64,000 bases of DNA, from NCBI GenBank assembly GCA_032718475.1, contig JAUCBJ010003036.1:26256-90255 (forward strand), written 5' to 3'. The notes beneath the pieces are model-generated. The model was not told the origin of the DNA. It saw only the letters and a list, made by a program, of their open reading frames with translations, and ran no database searches. This document shows, piece after piece, positions 63,401 to 64,000 of this stretch. This DNA comes from Nemertoderma westbladi. Its lineage: Eukaryota; Animalia; Xenacoelomorpha. Every line of letters starts with the position of its first letter. Positions within the stretch are counted from its first letter, which is position 1. The translations under genes and the position numbers were made by a program.

Positions 63401-64000
63401 GCTCGTCGGCCGGGTGGCCGGGATGGCGAACCAGCTGTAGCTCGTTGGCCGGGTGGCCAGGATGGCGAACCAGCTGTAGCTCATTGGCCGGGTGGCTGGG
63501 ATGGCGAACCAGCTGTAGCTCGTTGGCCGGGTGGCCGGGATGGCGAACCAGCTGTAGCTCGTCAGCCGGGTGGCCGGGATGGCGAACCAGCTGTAGCTCG
63601 TTGGCCGGGTGGCCGGGATGGCAAACCAGCTGTAGCTCATTGGCCGGGTGGCTGGGATGGCGAACCAGCTGTAGCTCGTCGGCCGGGTGGCTGGGATGGC
63701 GAACCAGCTGTAGCTCGTCGGCCGGGGGGCTGGGATGACGAACCAGCTGTAGCTCGTCGGCTGGGTGGCCAGGATGGCGAACCAGCTGTAGCTCGTCGGC
63801 TGGGTGGCCGGGATGGCGAACCAGCTGTAGCCCGTTGGTCGGGTGGCCAGGAAGGCGAACCAGCTGTAGCTCGTCGGCCGGGTGGCCGGGATGGCGAACC
63901 AGCTGTAGCTCGTCGGCTGGGTGGCCGGGATGGCGAACCAGCTGTAGCCCGTTGGTCGGGTGGCCAGGAAGGCGAACCAGCTGTAGCTCATCGGCTGGGT
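39444..64000. repeat. 39-bp GC-rich satellite (GAACCAGCTGTAGCTCRTYGGCYGGGTGGCYRGGATGGC), ~630 copies, running off the window end
   Basis: Uninterrupted tandem array. Register is broken only by a few indels (~45650, ~47958, ~49152, ~58005, ~61079, ~63146). Confidence 0.98.

Noticed and set aside
39438-63991. Giant ORFs of 1000-3200 aa (collagen-like GGRDGEP or SYSWFAIP repeats)
   Set aside because: They overlap on both strands and in multiple frames, change frame at indels, and have no non-repetitive termini. Not called as genes.
39444-64000. 39-bp repeat as a CRISPR array
   Set aside because: The units are head-to-tail with no unique spacers.

Overview
This is repeat-only eukaryotic (animal-like) heterochromatin. 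I see no supportable host gene and no prokaryotic system. From left to right: (1) a TTAA-flanked Kolobok-like MITE, a second TIR element and an RTE-like LINE 3' remnant; (2) a ~30-bp C/A-rich satellite (2.7-38.4 kb) interrupted by three nested retroelements, all on the minus strand; (3) a 4-kb segmental duplication carrying a deleted CR1-like remnant, with a small Helitron in the first copy's spacer only; (4) a 39-bp GC-rich satellite from 39444 to the window end, with multi-kb higher-order duplications. The outer nested element (A, 3295-22399) is a CsRn1-like Gypsy with identical LTRs, a CCGC TSD, a tRNA-Trp PBS and a -1 frameshift signal. Its pol is split by a second LTR element (B, 4908-19117, CTGAA TSD), which in turn holds a full-length CR1/L2-group LINE. 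Element B is the most unusual object. It has a BEL/Pao-like gag fused in frame, without capsid or protease, to a Mag-like Gypsy RT-RH-IN, no canonical PBS, and a 3' region of regularly spaced short hairpins. The very long ORFs in the satellites are most likely by-products of stop-free repeat units. All clade assignments come from motif recognition by eye, not from database searches.
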